From contig OZ242296.1 of NCBI GenBank assembly GCA_965207735.1, positions 3,520,001-3,584,000 of the forward strand: a stretch of DNA of 64,000 nucleotides. The letters are read 5' to 3'. This stretch comes from Candidatus Versatilivorator sp. (GTDB lineage: Bacteria; Acidobacteriota; Terriglobia; Versatilivoradales; Versatilivoraceae). The number at the start of each line of letters is the position of its first letter. The first letter of the stretch is position 1. The notes beneath the pieces were generated by a model, which was not told the origin of the DNA, did no database searches, and worked only from the letters and a program-made list of their open reading frames with translations. The translations under genes and the position numbers were made by a program. Of this stretch, positions 9,498 to 23,326 are shown piece by piece.

Positions 9498-9760
9498 TAG
9501 TCATGAAACTCCGGGACGGTAAAGGGGGCGACGCGGGCTCTTCCGGGACACCTCTGCCGGATGAGAGGCCGCCGAAAGGGTTTCGGAATCGACGGCTTCG
9601 ATGCTATAAGAACCCTTGGAATCTGCCTCGGATCGGACCAGGGTATCACGTACCCTCACAAAGGAGTTGGCACTTGAACAGGAAGACCGACCAAACTTCG
9701 GAGGACGCTCCCACGCCTTCTCATCCCAATGAGCCGGCTCGCAGGATCGAGAGTTACAGC

Positions 9761-10042
9761 ATGCTGGCTCCGCGCATGAAGAGGATCTACTTCGATTTCT
9801 ACGCGGAGACCTACAGGGAATCCCGGCTGGACCGCAAGACCAAGGAACTCATCGCGATTTCCGCTTCGCTGACGGCCAAGTGTCAGGGCTGCCTGGAGGG
9901 CCACATCAAGAAAGCCCTCAAGTTGGGCGTTACCAAGGAAGAAATCAGCGAGACCATCGCCATCGCCATGGGAGTCAACGCCGCGGCCGTCGTGGATGTG
10001 ACCGATATCGCCGCGGCCAACCTCAACCTGAAACACTACTGA
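9761..10042 (+). CDS. Carboxymuconolactone decarboxylase / AhpD-like protein
   Basis: LDRKTKELIAISAS..CQGC..H..A...G.T.EEI.E family pattern with CxxC. Confidence 0.88.
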   Translation: MLAPRMKRIYFDFYAETYRESRLDRKTKELIAISASLTAKCQGCLEGHIKKALKLGVTKEEISETIAIAMGVNAAAVVDVTDIAAANLNLKHY

Positions 10043-10209
10043 ACGTCGGCGCGCCAGCAGGCTGTCGAGGACTTTCTTCGAAACATGCTCCCTATTACCG
10101 GCGACAGAGTTGCCACATACGGAACCTTCTTCCCTGTGTAAGACAAGTGGCGGCCTTGTTTGCGAAAGGCTTTCCCTGGAAGCGCCCCCGGCGCCGGACT
10201 CTCCCCCAT

Positions 10210-10917
10210 ATGGAACAGCCTCATCGACCCGACGGCAGTGGTTCCGGGAACGGTCTCCGTCTCAGTGAATCGGAGACTCGGGCTCAAACCTTCTATGACC
10301 GTTGGATCGGAGAGGGTGACCTGTTCTCCCAGTTGGGGCGGGCGGTCTTCAGCCTGAGCGGCACGGTCTACGCCGGCGGCTTCATCCAGGCCTCCGGCCT
10401 CCGACCCGAGGATCGGGTGCTGGAGATCGGTTCGGGACTGGGCAAGATCCTGACGGCCAGCCAACGTCGCATTGGGGCGGAGGCACTCTACGTCGGGATT
10501 GACCTGTCCTGCCAAATGGTGCGGCGAGCCCGAAGGGACCTGGATCCGCGACGGCCTCCGCTCCACTTTCTGGTCGCCAGCGCGCTGCAAATGCCCTTCC
10601 GCGGCCAATGTTTCGACGTGGTCCTACTCTCCCACGTGGTGAAGTACCTGACCGACCCGCAGCTACGCCTGGTGCTGGCCCAGGTGAGGGGCCTGCTGCG
10701 CCCGGGAGGCCGGATCGTTCTCTGGGAGTTTCGGCCCTATCCCTGGGGTGCGATCAATCGCACCATCTTGCGTGGCAGCCGCTCGCACAAGCTCCGGAGC
10801 GCGACCGAACTGGTTTCTCTCCTTCAGGAACAAGGTTACCGCAACCTGCAGCCCTTCAGGATTCACACTCCCTGGCCCCCCTTCCGCAACCTGGCCTTCA
10901 GCGGACGGCCGGGGTGA
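10210..10917 (+). CDS. Class I SAM-dependent methyltransferase
   Basis: VLEIGSGLG, GIDLS, FDVV and LRPGG motifs. Start uncertain. Confidence 0.85.
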   Translation: MEQPHRPDGSGSGNGLRLSESETRAQTFYDRWIGEGDLFSQLGRAVFSLSGTVYAGGFIQASGLRPEDRVLEIGSGLGKILTASQRRIGAEALYVGIDLSCQMVRRARRDLDPRRPPLHFLVASALQMPFRGQCFDVVLLSHVVKYLTDPQLRLVLAQVRGLLRPGGRIVLWEFRPYPWGAINRTILRGSRSHKLRSATELVSLLQEQGYRNLQPFRIHTPWPPFRNLAFSGRPG

Positions 10918-11016
10918 ATCGACCCGCCGACGCGCCTTTTCCCGCGCCCCTGTCCCGATTGAAGAGACCTTCTTTGATGATTGTTTCTCATACCCCGGCT
11001 GGTTATCATGGCCCCT

Positions 11017-11958
11017 ATGGAAACTCTGTGTGACGCCCACCTCCATTTCTTCACCCGAGAGGTGCTGAGCTTCTACGCGAGGCAGTCCGCGGAGTACCGG
11101 GCACTCGAGGACCCCGCCGCCCGGGTGGCGGCGCGGTTGGGCATCTCTACACCGCCGAAGGAGGCGAAAGACCTGGCCGCCTTGTGGGTGGAGCAGTTGG
11201 ACCGTCATCAGGTCTCCCGCGCCTTGCTTTTCGGAAGCGTCCCGGGCGAACAACAGGCCGTCTCCCGGGCGGTTGCCGCCTTCCCCGGCAAGTTCGTCGG
11301 CTTCCAGGTGCTGAACCCCCTGGATCCGGAGGCCGGCAGGACCGTCGCCGACATTGCCGCCGGAGGGCTTCGGGGGCTGCTGCTCTTTCCCGCGATGCAC
11401 CGGTTCTTTCCCGACGACCCGGCCTGTCTGGAAACCTGCCGCCTGGCCAGGCGGTATGGACTGATTGTCTTCGTCCACATCGGCCCGCTGCGAATCGTGA
11501 TCCAGGAAAAGCTGGGGGGTGGCGGGGCCATCCAGCCGAGCTACGGTGACGCCCGGCGTTTGGGCAACGCCCTGCGAGCCTTTCCGGAGGTCCCCTTTAT
11601 CGTTCCCCACTTCGGGTGCGGCCGCTTGGCGGCGGCGCTGGAATCGGCCCGGGAAACCCGCAACCTCTACCTCGACACCTCCAGTTCCAACTCCTGGATG
11701 CAGCAGGAGCCGGAGCCTACCGATCTGGAGACCGTGTTCGGCAAAGTGCTGGAAGAGAATGCCTTCGGGCCGGAACGCCTGCTCTTCGGGAGCGACTCGA
11801 CCGTGTTTCCCCGAGGATGGAGAAAAGACGTCTATCTGGCCCAGAGGGCTGCCCTGGATCGCTTGGGGATCTCGTCCCGCGAGAGGCAACTCATTTTTTC
11901 CGGCAACCTGGAACGCCTGCTGGCGCCTGCCGGTGCCGCCACCCGGCCAACGGCTTGA
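11017..11958 (+). CDS. Amidohydrolase family protein
   Basis: DAHLH, VHIG, PHFG, YLDTS and FGSDS motifs. Confidence 0.9.
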   Translation: METLCDAHLHFFTREVLSFYARQSAEYRALEDPAARVAARLGISTPPKEAKDLAALWVEQLDRHQVSRALLFGSVPGEQQAVSRAVAAFPGKFVGFQVLNPLDPEAGRTVADIAAGGLRGLLLFPAMHRFFPDDPACLETCRLARRYGLIVFVHIGPLRIVIQEKLGGGGAIQPSYGDARRLGNALRAFPEVPFIVPHFGCGRLAAALESARETRNLYLDTSSSNSWMQQEPEPTDLETVFGKVLEENAFGPERLLFGSDSTVFPRGWRKDVYLAQRAALDRLGISSRERQLIFSGNLERLLAPAGAATRPTA

Positions 11959-12014
11959 GCCCCGGGGCGGCGGCCAGTCAACCATTTCGGGATCAGCCAA
12001 GAAGGGAGGTCATC

Positions 12015-13289
12015 ATGACGGACCCAAGAGTGGATCGCCGCGGATTTCTCAGACGACTGGGGATGGGCGCCGCCTTGGCCCCGGCCTGGAACGCTCGTAG
12101 CTACCTGGCCATCCCGGGGGCCAATGAGCGCCTATCGGTTGGGGTCATCGGTTGCGGCAGCATGGGAAACTCCCACATGAGGGCCCTGCTGGGCATGCAG
12201 GACAGCGCCAACCTCCGGGTGGCCGCGGTCTGCGACGTCTACCGCAAGCGCCTGGAAGCCGCTACCGCCCTGACAGGCGGCACTGCCTATAGCGACTACC
12301 GGACCCTTCTGGCCCAAAGGGAATTGGACTACGTCTTGATTGCGACTCCCGAGCACTGGCACCACCGTATGACTCTGGACGCCCTGGACGCCGGCAAGCA
12401 CATCTATCTGGAGAAGCCCCTGACCCAAACCATTCGGCAGGCCAAGGAGGTGGTCCGACGGGTCCGGCGCTCCAAGCTGAAACTGCAGGTGGGGGTGCAG
12501 GGCATGTCGGACGAATCCTATGAGGTCGCCGGCCGCTATATCCGGGAGGGAGCCTTGGGCAAAATGGTCATGGCCCAGATCGACTACTCCCGAAACTATA
12601 CCGACGACTTCTGGGCCTACGAGATCGACCCGGATGCCAATCCGAAGACCAACCTCGACTGGGCGGCCTGGCAGGGTCCGGCTCCCAAGCGCCCCTGGGA
12701 CCCGCGTCGCTTCTTCCAGTGGAGACGCTACTGGGACTATTCGGGCGGAATCGCGACCGACCTCTTTATCCACCGCGTGACCCGAATCCTCAAGGCGGCG
12801 GGGCTGACTTTCCCGGATCGGGTGGTTGCCAGCGGCGGAACCTGGCAGTTCACCCGGAGCGTCGCCCAGATCCCCGACACCTTCAACATGCTCTGTGACT
12901 ATCCCGGCGGCCCCACGGTAGCCCTGATCTCCTCCATGGCCAACGACTTCAAGGTGGCCCACGTGATTCGCGGCCACAAGGCCACCCTCCGCTTCACCAG
13001 GGACGGCTTCGTGATCACTCCTCAATCGGTCAGCCTGGAAGACCGTGTTCAGCCGGGAGAGTTGAGGGCTCAGGAGACCTGGTCCAAGGTCTACCGCAGG
13101 ACGGGGGGCGAGGACATCCGGCTGCACCACCAAAATCTGCAGAATGCCATCCGCCTGGGGGAGCCGCTGAAGTGCGACGTCATGCTGGGCTACTACGGCA
13201 CCGTGGTCACCGCCATGGGCGTGCAATCCTTCCGGCGGAGTAAGTACCTGAAGTGGAATCGGAAGAAAGAGCGGGTGGAAACCGCTTGA
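12015..13289 (+). CDS. Tat-exported Gfo/Idh/MocA oxidoreductase
   Basis: GGAGG RBS, DRRGFL twin-arginine signal, GVIGCG, ATPEHWH, EKPL. Confidence 0.92.
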   Translation: MTDPRVDRRGFLRRLGMGAALAPAWNARSYLAIPGANERLSVGVIGCGSMGNSHMRALLGMQDSANLRVAAVCDVYRKRLEAATALTGGTAYSDYRTLLAQRELDYVLIATPEHWHHRMTLDALDAGKHIYLEKPLTQTIRQAKEVVRRVRRSKLKLQVGVQGMSDESYEVAGRYIREGALGKMVMAQIDYSRNYTDDFWAYEIDPDANPKTNLDWAAWQGPAPKRPWDPRRFFQWRRYWDYSGGIATDLFIHRVTRILKAAGLTFPDRVVASGGTWQFTRSVAQIPDTFNMLCDYPGGPTVALISSMANDFKVAHVIRGHKATLRFTRDGFVITPQSVSLEDRVQPGELRAQETWSKVYRRTGGEDIRLHHQNLQNAIRLGEPLKCDVMLGYYGTVVTAMGVQSFRRSKYLKWNRKKERVETA

Positions 13290-13322
13290 TTGTCGATTAA
13301 ATGCGGGCTGCCGGAGGACGGG

Positions 13323-15791
13323 TCAGTGAACCACGGGGGATTGACCGTCCTGCAATTGTTCGGACTGATGGGTGATCAGACAGGCGGCTGAGACTTGATC
13401 TCCCTCCAGGAGATCCATCAACTTCACCCCCTGCGTGCTTCTACCCACGGCTCTGATGTCCCCGGCTTCCAGGCGGATCAGCTTTCCCTGGGCGGTGATG
13501 AGGATGATTCCAGAATTCTCGTTCACCTTCATGATGGCCAGCACTTTTCCGTTGCGTTCGGTAGTCTTCATATTGATGACGCCCTGGCCGCCTCGGGACA
13601 CAAAGCGGTAGGCGCCAATCGGCGTGCGCTTGCCGTAGCCGTTCTCGCTGACCGACAGGATCAACCCTTCATCCCCGCCCACCGTCATGCCCACGAGAAA
13701 GTCGCCTCGCACCAACTTGATGCCCCTGACGCCGCGTGCTTGCCGCCCCATATGCCTGACATCCGCCTCGCTGAAGCGGATGCACTTGCCCTTGTGGGTT
13801 CCCAAGAATATCTGGTCGTCTCCCGAGGTCAGTTCGGCGCCGATCAACTCATCTCCTTCGTCCAGTTTGATGGCATGGATCCATCGCGCCATCGGGCGAC
13901 TGAAGGCATCCAGCCGTGTCTTTTTGACCGTTCCCCACCGAGTGGCGAACATCACGTACTTGTCCTTGGCAAACTCGGTGACCGGCAGCATGGCGGCAAC
14001 CTTCTCACCGCGGGAGAAGTTGACCAGGTTGACGATGGCTTTGCCCTTGCCGCTGGTGCCCACATCCGGAATCTCGTAGACCTTGAGCCAGTGGATCTTC
14101 CCCTGATTGGTGAAGATCAGCAGATAGCTGTGGGTTGACGCCACAAAAAGGGTCTCGACAAAATCCTGCTCCCGGGTCCGCATTCCGATACGGCCCTTGC
14201 CGCCGCGGTGCTGCATGCGATAAATGCTGATGGGGGTTCGTTTCAGATACCCCGAATGGGTCACGGTGACCACCACGTCCTCGACGGCGATCAAGTCCTC
14301 CAGCGTGATCTCGGCGGCCTCGTCCACAATGGCCGTGCGACGCTCGTCTCCATACTGCTTGCGGACCTCCTTGAGTTCCTGCACCAGAAGCCTCTTCAGG
14401 GTGGGGTCGCTGGAAAGGATCTCCCGGAGCTCTGCGATGCGTCTGGATAGTTGGGCGTACTCCTGATCCAGCTTTTCCCGCTCCAGGCTGGTGAGGGCCC
14501 GCAACTGCATGTCCAGAATGTGGCGAGCCTGGACGGCGGACAGCGTGAATTCCGCCATCAGGCGATCCCGAGCCTCCTGGGGAGACCTGGACCGGCGAAT
14601 GATCCGGATCACCCGGTCGATATTGTCCAGCGCCTTGAAGAGACCCTCCAGGATGTGGGCTCTTTCTTCGGCCTTTTTCAACTGGTAGCGGCTGCGGCGC
14701 CGAATCACCTCGCTGCGGTGATTCACGAAGCTCCGCAGGGCATCCACCAGGTTCAGGACTCGCGGTTGCCCGTCGGCAATCGCCAACATGATCACGCCGA
14801 AGCTGCTTTGCATGGGCGTGAGCTTGTAGAGATTGTTCAAGATGACTTCCGGCTGCTCGCCGCGTCGCAGCTCCACCACGATGCGCATGCCATCTCGGTC
14901 CGACTCGTCGCGGAGGTCGGCGATGCCGTCGATTCGCTTGGTCTGGACCAGGTCCGCAATCTTTTCGATCAGCTTGGCCTTATTGACCTGAAACGGGATT
15001 TCCGTGATCACGATCATGTGACGATCGCCACGGGCCTGCAGCTCGATGGCGGCCTTGGCTCGAATGACGATCGAGCCCCGACCGGTTGTGTAGGCGCTGG
15101 CAATTCCTTCCCTGCCGTAGATCACCCCCCCGGTGGGGAAGTCCGGGCCCGGCACGATCTTCCTCAGTTCCTCCAGCGTGGCGTCAGGTTTCTCCACCAG
15201 GCGGATCACCGCATTGATCACTTCGGTCAGGTTGTGGGGGGGGATATTGGTGGCCATCCCCACCGCGATGCCGGCCGAACCGTTCACCAGCAGGTTGGGA
15301 ATCCTGGTAGGCAGGCAGGTGGGCTCGAGCTGGCTCTCATCGTAGTTGGGAACAAAATCCACCGTGTCCATTTCGATGTCGGCCAGTATCTCGCGGGCAA
15401 TGCCGGCCAGCCGAGCTTCGGTGTAACGCATGGCCGCGGGAGGGTCTCCGTCCACCGATCCGAAATTCCCCTGGCCGTCCACCAGCGGGTAGCGCATGGC
15501 AAAGTCCTGAGCCATGCGCACCTGGGCGTCGTAGATGGCGGAATCGCCATGAGGGTGAAAGTTGCCCATGACCTCCCCGACGATCTTGGCGCACTTGCGA
15601 TAGGGTTTGTTGGGCGTCAGCCCCATCTCCCGCATGCCGTGCAGGATCCTGCGATGGACCGGCTTGAGTCCATCCCGAACGTCGGGAAGAGCGCGGCCGA
15701 TGATCACGCTCATGGAGTAATCCAGGTAGGAGCGCCTCATCTCCTCTTCGATATTGACCGGCGCTTGATTGAGAGGTGTTGAGCTTTCCAT
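13323..15791 (-). CDS. gyrA: DNA gyrase subunit A
   Basis: [17 protein letters not shown] catalytic Tyr, GyrA-box QHRGGKG. Confidence 0.98.
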   Translation of the reverse strand: MESSTPLNQAPVNIEEEMRRSYLDYSMSVIIGRALPDVRDGLKPVHRRILHGMREMGLTPNKPYRKCAKIVGEVMGNFHPHGDSAIYDAQVRMAQDFAMRYPLVDGQGNFGSVDGDPPAAMRYTEARLAGIAREILADIEMDTVDFVPNYDESQLEPTCLPTRIPNLLVNGSAGIAVGMATNIPPHNLTEVINAVIRLVEKPDATLEELRKIVPGPDFPTGGVIYGREGIASAYTTGRGSIVIRAKAAIELQARGDRHMIVITEIPFQVNKAKLIEKIADLVQTKRIDGIADLRDESDRDGMRIVVELRRGEQPEVILNNLYKLTPMQSSFGVIMLAIADGQPRVLNLVDALRSFVNHRSEVIRRRSRYQLKKAEERAHILEGLFKALDNIDRVIRIIRRSRSPQEARDRLMAEFTLSAVQARHILDMQLRALTSLEREKLDQEYAQLSRRIAELREILSSDPTLKRLLVQELKEVRKQYGDERRTAIVDEAAEITLEDLIAVEDVVVTVTHSGYLKRTPISIYRMQHRGGKGRIGMRTREQDFVETLFVASTHSYLLIFTNQGKIHWLKVYEIPDVGTSGKGKAIVNLVNFSRGEKVAAMLPVTEFAKDKYVMFATRWGTVKKTRLDAFSRPMARWIHAIKLDEGDELIGAELTSGDDQIFLGTHKGKCIRFSEADVRHMGRQARGVRGIKLVRGDFLVGMTVGGDEGLILSVSENGYGKRTPIGAYRFVSRGGQGVINMKTTERNGKVLAIMKVNENSGIILITAQGKLIRLEAGDIRAVGRSTQGVKLMDLLEGDQVSAACLITHQSEQLQDGQSPVVH

Positions 15792-16015
15792 GAGGATCTC
15801 CGGTTGACCGTTCGCGGCGCCAAGGGGACGCCAAAGCGGCCTCAACGGCTAGCGAGGCAACGCTTCAGACCGAAAAGCCAGGGAACACAGATGTCCGCGA
15901 AGGGACACGAAGAGACTGATTGATGAATTGTCGACTGCCAACAGTGTCCTGGGGAGTGAGGCTAAAGACATACACTTTTCAGTGCTGTACTCGGCGGGCC
16001 GGCGAGAAAAGCAGG

Positions 16016-19656
<3,641 letters not shown>

Positions 19657-19688
19657 TCCGCTCCGGAGGACGATCCACCCCAATCTCT

Positions 19689-20801
19689 TCAGACCCTCAT
19701 GGGCATGACCACATAGCGATAGCGGTAGTCCTCCGCGGTAGCGGGACGAAGTTGTCCCGCGCTCTCATCGTCCTTGAAATCCAGGCTCACGGAGGGATCC
19801 TCGATAGCTGCGAGAAAATCCAGGAGGTACTGGCTGTTGAATCCGATGTCGATCTTCCCGGCGGAATAATCGGCATCCAGTTCATCCTTGGCCTCGCCGA
19901 GGTCGGAATTGCTCGATCGGATTTCCAGCTTGTTGTTGTCCAACAGAAACTGAACCGTGTGAGACTTGTTGTCCGCCAATAGCGACACTCTCCTGATGGC
20001 CGTGGCAAGCTCCTCACGGTCCAACACGACACTCCGATGGTTTTCCTTGGGAAGCACCGCCTCAAAGTTGGGGAATTGTCCCGTCACCATTCGCGACACC
20101 AGCAAACGCTTGCCCAATTGAAAGAACAGGTGAGTCTCGTCCTGGCCGAAGCTCACCGTGTCCTCTTCGCCCGCTTCCGCCAACAGCCGTTGCAATTCCG
20201 CCAAGGCCTTCTTAGGAATCAAGGCACTGATTTCGCTGGATATGTGGTCAAAGTTAGCCGGCTTCTCCACATGGGCCAATCGGTGTCCGTCCGTCGCAAC
20301 CATGGTCAGGCTCAAGGGCTTGACCAAGAGGAGGGCTCCGTTGAGCGCGAAGCGGACTTCCTCTTCAGCCACCGAAAAAATGGTCTTGTTGATCAGGCCA
20401 AGCAAACCCTTGGCGGGAATCTCCACCAAAGCCGTTCCAAATACCGGCAGCGTAGGAAAATTGTCGGTGGGCAACCCTGCCAGCTTGAATGAGGCCGAAG
20501 CACACTCGATTCTCAGCCAGTTGTTCTCCAGCTTCGTGACCCGGACATCCTCATCGGGAAGGGACCGAAGGATATCCAGGAAGTTTTTGGCAGGTGTGGT
20601 GACGGCACCGGGTTTCTCGACCTTTGCGCCGCAAGAACTCTTGATTCCCAGATCCAGATTGGTGGCTGCAAGGTGTATTTCTTCCGAACCGGCATCCAGC
20701 AATAGATTACCCAGAATGGGGATGGTGGTTTTCTTCTCAACGGCTCCCTGGGTCAACCCAACCTCTTGCAAAATGTCCAATTTTCTAACTGTGAATTCCA
20801 T
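19689..20801 (-). CDS. dnaN: DNA polymerase III beta clamp
   Basis: ATDGHRL, GQFPNFEAV, C-terminal VVMPMRV. Confidence 0.97.
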   Translation of the reverse strand: MEFTVRKLDILQEVGLTQGAVEKKTTIPILGNLLLDAGSEEIHLAATNLDLGIKSSCGAKVEKPGAVTTPAKNFLDILRSLPDEDVRVTKLENNWLRIECASASFKLAGLPTDNFPTLPVFGTALVEIPAKGLLGLINKTIFSVAEEEVRFALNGALLLVKPLSLTMVATDGHRLAHVEKPANFDHISSEISALIPKKALAELQRLLAEAGEEDTVSFGQDETHLFFQLGKRLLVSRMVTGQFPNFEAVLPKENHRSVVLDREELATAIRRVSLLADNKSHTVQFLLDNNKLEIRSSNSDLGEAKDELDADYSAGKIDIGFNSQYLLDFLAAIEDPSVSLDFKDDESAGQLRPATAEDYRYRYVVMPMRV

Positions 20802-21011
20802 AGGATTTATTCTAGTAAATACCAATAGTAGTCTTGGTAACGTTGTTGAAAGCGAGGAAAAATCCCCGATCCGATTCTTTTTCAATGACAAAGCCTGTGA
20901 ATGATCCTAAGGATAACCCGGTGGAAAACGGGGTGAGAAAGGGGCTCTGTAAGAAATCCACACTATTTCCACAGGCAGGTCGCAGGTTCCCCTTGTGGAA
21001 AATGAGGCGAC
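20802..21011. other. Chromosomal replication origin (oriC)
   Basis: dnaA-dnaN intergenic region with DnaA-box matches (TGTGGAAAA 20994-21002, ATTTCCACA 20965-20973, AAATCCACA 20954-20962 and weaker ones) and an AT-rich TAG-repeat segment next to dnaN. Confidence 0.8.
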
Positions 21012-22331
21012 TCATTCCAAAGACTCCAGAAACATGTTGATCAGGCTGTTGAAATCTTTTTCGGACGACCGTTGAGCTTCCACCTTCCTGATGGAGTGCA
21101 TGACGGTCGTGTGGTGCTTGCCACCGAAAGCGCGGCCGACCTCGGGAAGGGAGGCGGAGGTCAAGTTTCTGCAAAGGTACATGGCGATCTGCCGGGGTTG
21201 GGTGATCGCTGTCGAGTTGCTCCTGGTCTTCAGGGCTGAGACCTTGACACTGAAATAGTCGGCGACGACCTTTTGAATGTGCTCGATGGAGACGCTTTTC
21301 TCTCGCGGTTTAAGGGTGTTCTTCAGGACCCTCTGAGCCATTCCAAGGGAGATGGGCTCTCCAGTCAGGGAACTGAAGGCTATCAGCCGATTCAGGGATC
21401 CCTCCAACTCTCTGATATTGGATTCTATCTTGCTGGCAATGAAAAATGCCACATTGTCCGGGATCTCGAAATTCTCAAATTCCGCCTTCTTTTTCAGGAT
21501 GGCGACCTTGGTCTCAAGATCGGGCATTTGAATGTCGGCGATCAAGCCCCACTCGAGGCGGGACGTCAGCCGGTCCTGAATGTCCGGGATTTCTTTCGGG
21601 AGCAAGTCGCTGGAGAGGACAATCTGCTTCTGGGCATCATAAAGGGTATTGAAGGTGTGGAAGAACTCTTGCTGTGTCGCCTGCTTGCCGGAGATGAAAT
21701 GAATGTCATCCACAAGAAGCACGTCGACGTTTCTGTATTTTTCCCGTAAGGCCAAGGTCTTGTCGTAGCGAATGGCGTTGACGACCTCGTTGGTAAATTT
21801 TTCCGAGGACACGTAGCTCAGGCGGGACGTTTTGGAGATCGAACGCACTTTGTGCCCAACGGCTTGCATGAGGTGCGTCTTTCCCAGTCCTGCACCACCG
21901 TAGATGAAGAGAGGGTTATAGATACGACTCGGCGCCTCGGCGACGGCCCGGGCGGCGGCGTGGGCGAACTGGTTACAGGAGGCAACCACGAATCGATCGA
22001 AGGTGTACTTGGGATTCAGCAGGTTCTCATCGGCAGTGAAATCCAGTTCTCTTTGAAAGGGAGCGGTTTTCGGAGGGGACGCCGCTTGGTCAGCCGGCTT
22101 GGCGTGGAAGCGAATCTTGAGGTCTTGGAAGTGTGATTCGCGGGCTGCGTCGTCAAGAACGTCGGAGAAGTGCTCCACGATCCAGCTTTGAAACATCAGG
22201 TTGGGAACGGTCACGTGGAGGGTGTTGTCAGCCTGCAAACTCTGGAACTGGGTGGGCTTGAACCAGGTTGTGTAGGTCTGTTTGTTGAGTTTGTTCTCGA
22301 CGCACTTCAAGATCTGTTGCCAAGCATTCAT
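21012..22331 (-). CDS. dnaA: Chromosomal replication initiator DnaA
   Basis: YNPLFIYGGAGLGKTHL, LLVDDI, NIRELEG, FGGKHHTTV. Confidence 0.99.
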   Translation of the reverse strand: MNAWQQILKCVENKLNKQTYTTWFKPTQFQSLQADNTLHVTVPNLMFQSWIVEHFSDVLDDAARESHFQDLKIRFHAKPADQAASPPKTAPFQRELDFTADENLLNPKYTFDRFVVASCNQFAHAAARAVAEAPSRIYNPLFIYGGAGLGKTHLMQAVGHKVRSISKTSRLSYVSSEKFTNEVVNAIRYDKTLALREKYRNVDVLLVDDIHFISGKQATQQEFFHTFNTLYDAQKQIVLSSDLLPKEIPDIQDRLTSRLEWGLIADIQMPDLETKVAILKKKAEFENFEIPDNVAFFIASKIESNIRELEGSLNRLIAFSSLTGEPISLGMAQRVLKNTLKPREKSVSIEHIQKVVADYFSVKVSALKTRSNSTAITQPRQIAMYLCRNLTSASLPEVGRAFGGKHHTTVMHSIRKVEAQRSSEKDFNSLINMFLESLE

Positions 22332-22527
22332 AGGGAGAGGAGCTGCCGATCCTTACCAGACCTTCAGGGAGAGAGAGTTTTAGTATGAAGCAATAAAAAA
22401 ACGACAAAATAGAGAAATTAAGAGGAAAAAAGAGGATGTTGAAAACCCAAAAAACATACCACAGCAGGGGGTAGAGATTCAACCCCCAAGGCCCCCCGGA
22501 GCGCGCAAGGCCCGCCGTCCAGTCGGA

Positions 22528-22557
22528 TTGACAGCCTCAAAAGGCTTGTGCTATAAA
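22528..22557 (+). promoter_or_regulatory. Putative rpmH operon promoter
   Basis: TTGACA-N18-TATAAA with extended -10 TG. Confidence 0.65.
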
Positions 22558-22603
22558 GGTGGGTTTTGGACAGGAGCACAGGAGAAGATCCTTCGGGGTA
22601 TCT

Positions 22604-22738
22604 ATGCGGCCGACCTTTCGTCCCAACAATCGCAAGCGTGCCAAGACCCACGGTTTCCGAGCTCGAATGAGGACCCGGTCCGGGCGGCTCATTCTAAAGC
22701 GCCGCCGTGCCAAGGGCCGCAAGCGTTTGATTCCCTGA
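22604..22738 (+). CDS. rpmH: 50S ribosomal protein L34 (absent from the ORF track)
   Basis: Translates to [44 protein letters not shown]. Confidence 0.97.
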   Translation: MRPTFRPNNRKRAKTHGFRARMRTRSGRLILKRRRAKGRKRLIP

Positions 22739-22750
22739 TCAGGCGGCGCT

Positions 22751-23224
22751 TTGGACTGCGGTTTTGGAAAATCGAGTCGCTTGTTGACGGCTGAGCAGTA
22801 CCGGCGGGTCTATTCCGGCGGCAAGGTGCTTCGCGGCCGTCAGATTCAACTATTCTATTTGAGGAACAGCCTTCGGCATCCCCGCTTTGGCGTCTCCGTG
22901 GGCCGGAAGTTGGGCAAAGCCGTCAGGAGGAACCTGCTACGGCGTCGCATCAGAGAGGCGATACGGCTGAACAAGGCCCGCTTGGCGGAATGTGGTGTGG
23001 ATGTGGTGGTGCATCCCAGGCCGTCTGCAACACCGTTGGGATCTCAATCGACCTTTTCTGAACTGAAGCGCCTTCTGGGACATTTGACGAGGACCCTTGG
23101 AACTCCTCAAGAGAGGCGTACTCGGCATCATTCGCTTTTACAAGCAGTTTGCTTCGCCGCTACTACCTCCAGCTTGCCGGTTCTGGCCATCCTGCTCGGA
23201 TTATTCCTATCAAGCCATCAGTAA
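22751..23224 (+). CDS. rnpA: Ribonuclease P protein component
   Basis: RFGVSVGRKLGKAVRRNLLRRRIRE motif and synteny. C-terminus runs into yidD. Confidence 0.9.
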   Translation: MDCGFGKSSRLLTAEQYRRVYSGGKVLRGRQIQLFYLRNSLRHPRFGVSVGRKLGKAVRRNLLRRRIREAIRLNKARLAECGVDVVVHPRPSATPLGSQSTFSELKRLLGHLTRTLGTPQERRTRHHSLLQAVCFAATTSSLPVLAILLGLFLSSHQ

Positions 23225-23315
23225 ATATGGTCTCCTGAGAGGGACACTGCTCGCGGTGAGGCGAATTGCGCGCTGCCATCCGCTTCACCGAGGCGGCTAC
23301 GACCCGCTTGAGTAG
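23097..23315 (+). CDS. yidD: Membrane protein insertion efficiency factor
   Basis: CRFWPSCSDY..RCHP..GGYDP. Confidence 0.95.
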   Translation: MELLKRGVLGIIRFYKQFASPLLPPACRFWPSCSDYSYQAISKYGLLRGTLLAVRRIARCHPLHRGGYDPLE

Positions 23316-23326
23316 TCGGATCGTCG

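Noticed and set aside
13299-13309. AAATGCGGGCT as another MITE end
   Set aside because: Only an 11-bp match with no supporting flank; may be chance.
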